Assembly: GCA_049860595.1 (NCBI GenBank)
Contig: CP187551.1
Reading direction: 5' to 3' (one strand)
Source of the DNA: Methanocaldococcus sp. 16A
GTDB lineage: Archaea; AGJL01; Methanococci; Methanococcales; Methanocaldococcaceae
DNA: 64,000 bases
Part shown: positions 63,786-64,000 of the stretch, piece after piece
Position numbering within the stretch: position 1 is the first letter of the stretch
Layout of the letters: the number at the start of each line of letters is the position of its first letter
Notes under the pieces: model-generated
What the model saw: only the letters and a program-made list of their open reading frames with translations
What the model was told of the DNA's origin: nothing
Databases searched by the model: none
Position numbers and translations under genes: made by a program

Positions 63786-64000
63786 AGTGCGTTAGAAGCT
63801 CATTACTTTAATTTTTAAGGTTAAATATATATAATTGAAAAATATAGAGTAAATTTGTTATAGTTATTTCCACGAAGCCATCTAATAGTATTGGCTTATT
63901 CTTAACTTTTAGTTTGTAAGGTTATTATGTGTAATTTATAAGTGAAAATAGGAAAATAAGCTTATAAATCAATATAAGGATGATAATTATGAAACTCGTA

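Noticed and set aside
63989-64000. ATG AAA CTC GTA after an RBS-like GGATGA
   Set aside because: Probably the start of the next gene, but only four codons fall within the window.

Overview
Core-genome segment of a hyperthermophilic methanogen, most likely a Methanocaldococcus species close to, but not identical with, M. jannaschii. It is very AT-rich and the proteins resemble the MJ1030-MJ1048, MJ0324-MJ0294 and MJ0652-MJ0623 blocks as I recall them. It encodes coaD, corA, srp19, mtd, trpBA and the rpoH-B''-B'-A'-A''-L30e-nusA-S12-S7-EF2-EF1a-S10 cluster, with a 464-aa intein in RpoA'' and an empty intein site in RpoA'. It also carries ftr, the polyamine genes pdaD-speH-speE-speB, ribH, hisE, a LysR regulator, FBP aldolase/phosphatase, lhr, hemB, pgk, pheA, a KamA-family enzyme, leuS, purO, a small ferredoxin missed by the ORF track, and SRP (7S) RNA. 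The most interesting signals are non-coding: (1) a K-turn/K-loop hairpin sequestering the rpl30e Shine-Dalgarno, with a competing upstream pairing partner (candidate L30e autoregulatory leader); (2) a C/D box sRNA after rpoA''; (3) a stand-alone K-loop hairpin after rps10; (4) a GC-rich three-hairpin REP-like cassette flanked by 16-bp direct repeats between rpoH and rpoB''; (5) about 16 copies or fragments of three families of ~100-bp palindromic MITE-like elements, two of them nested composites. No CRISPR array, tRNA, rRNA or transposase was seen. Start codons were adjusted by eye using RBS position, and ortholog names come from recognition, not from database searches.
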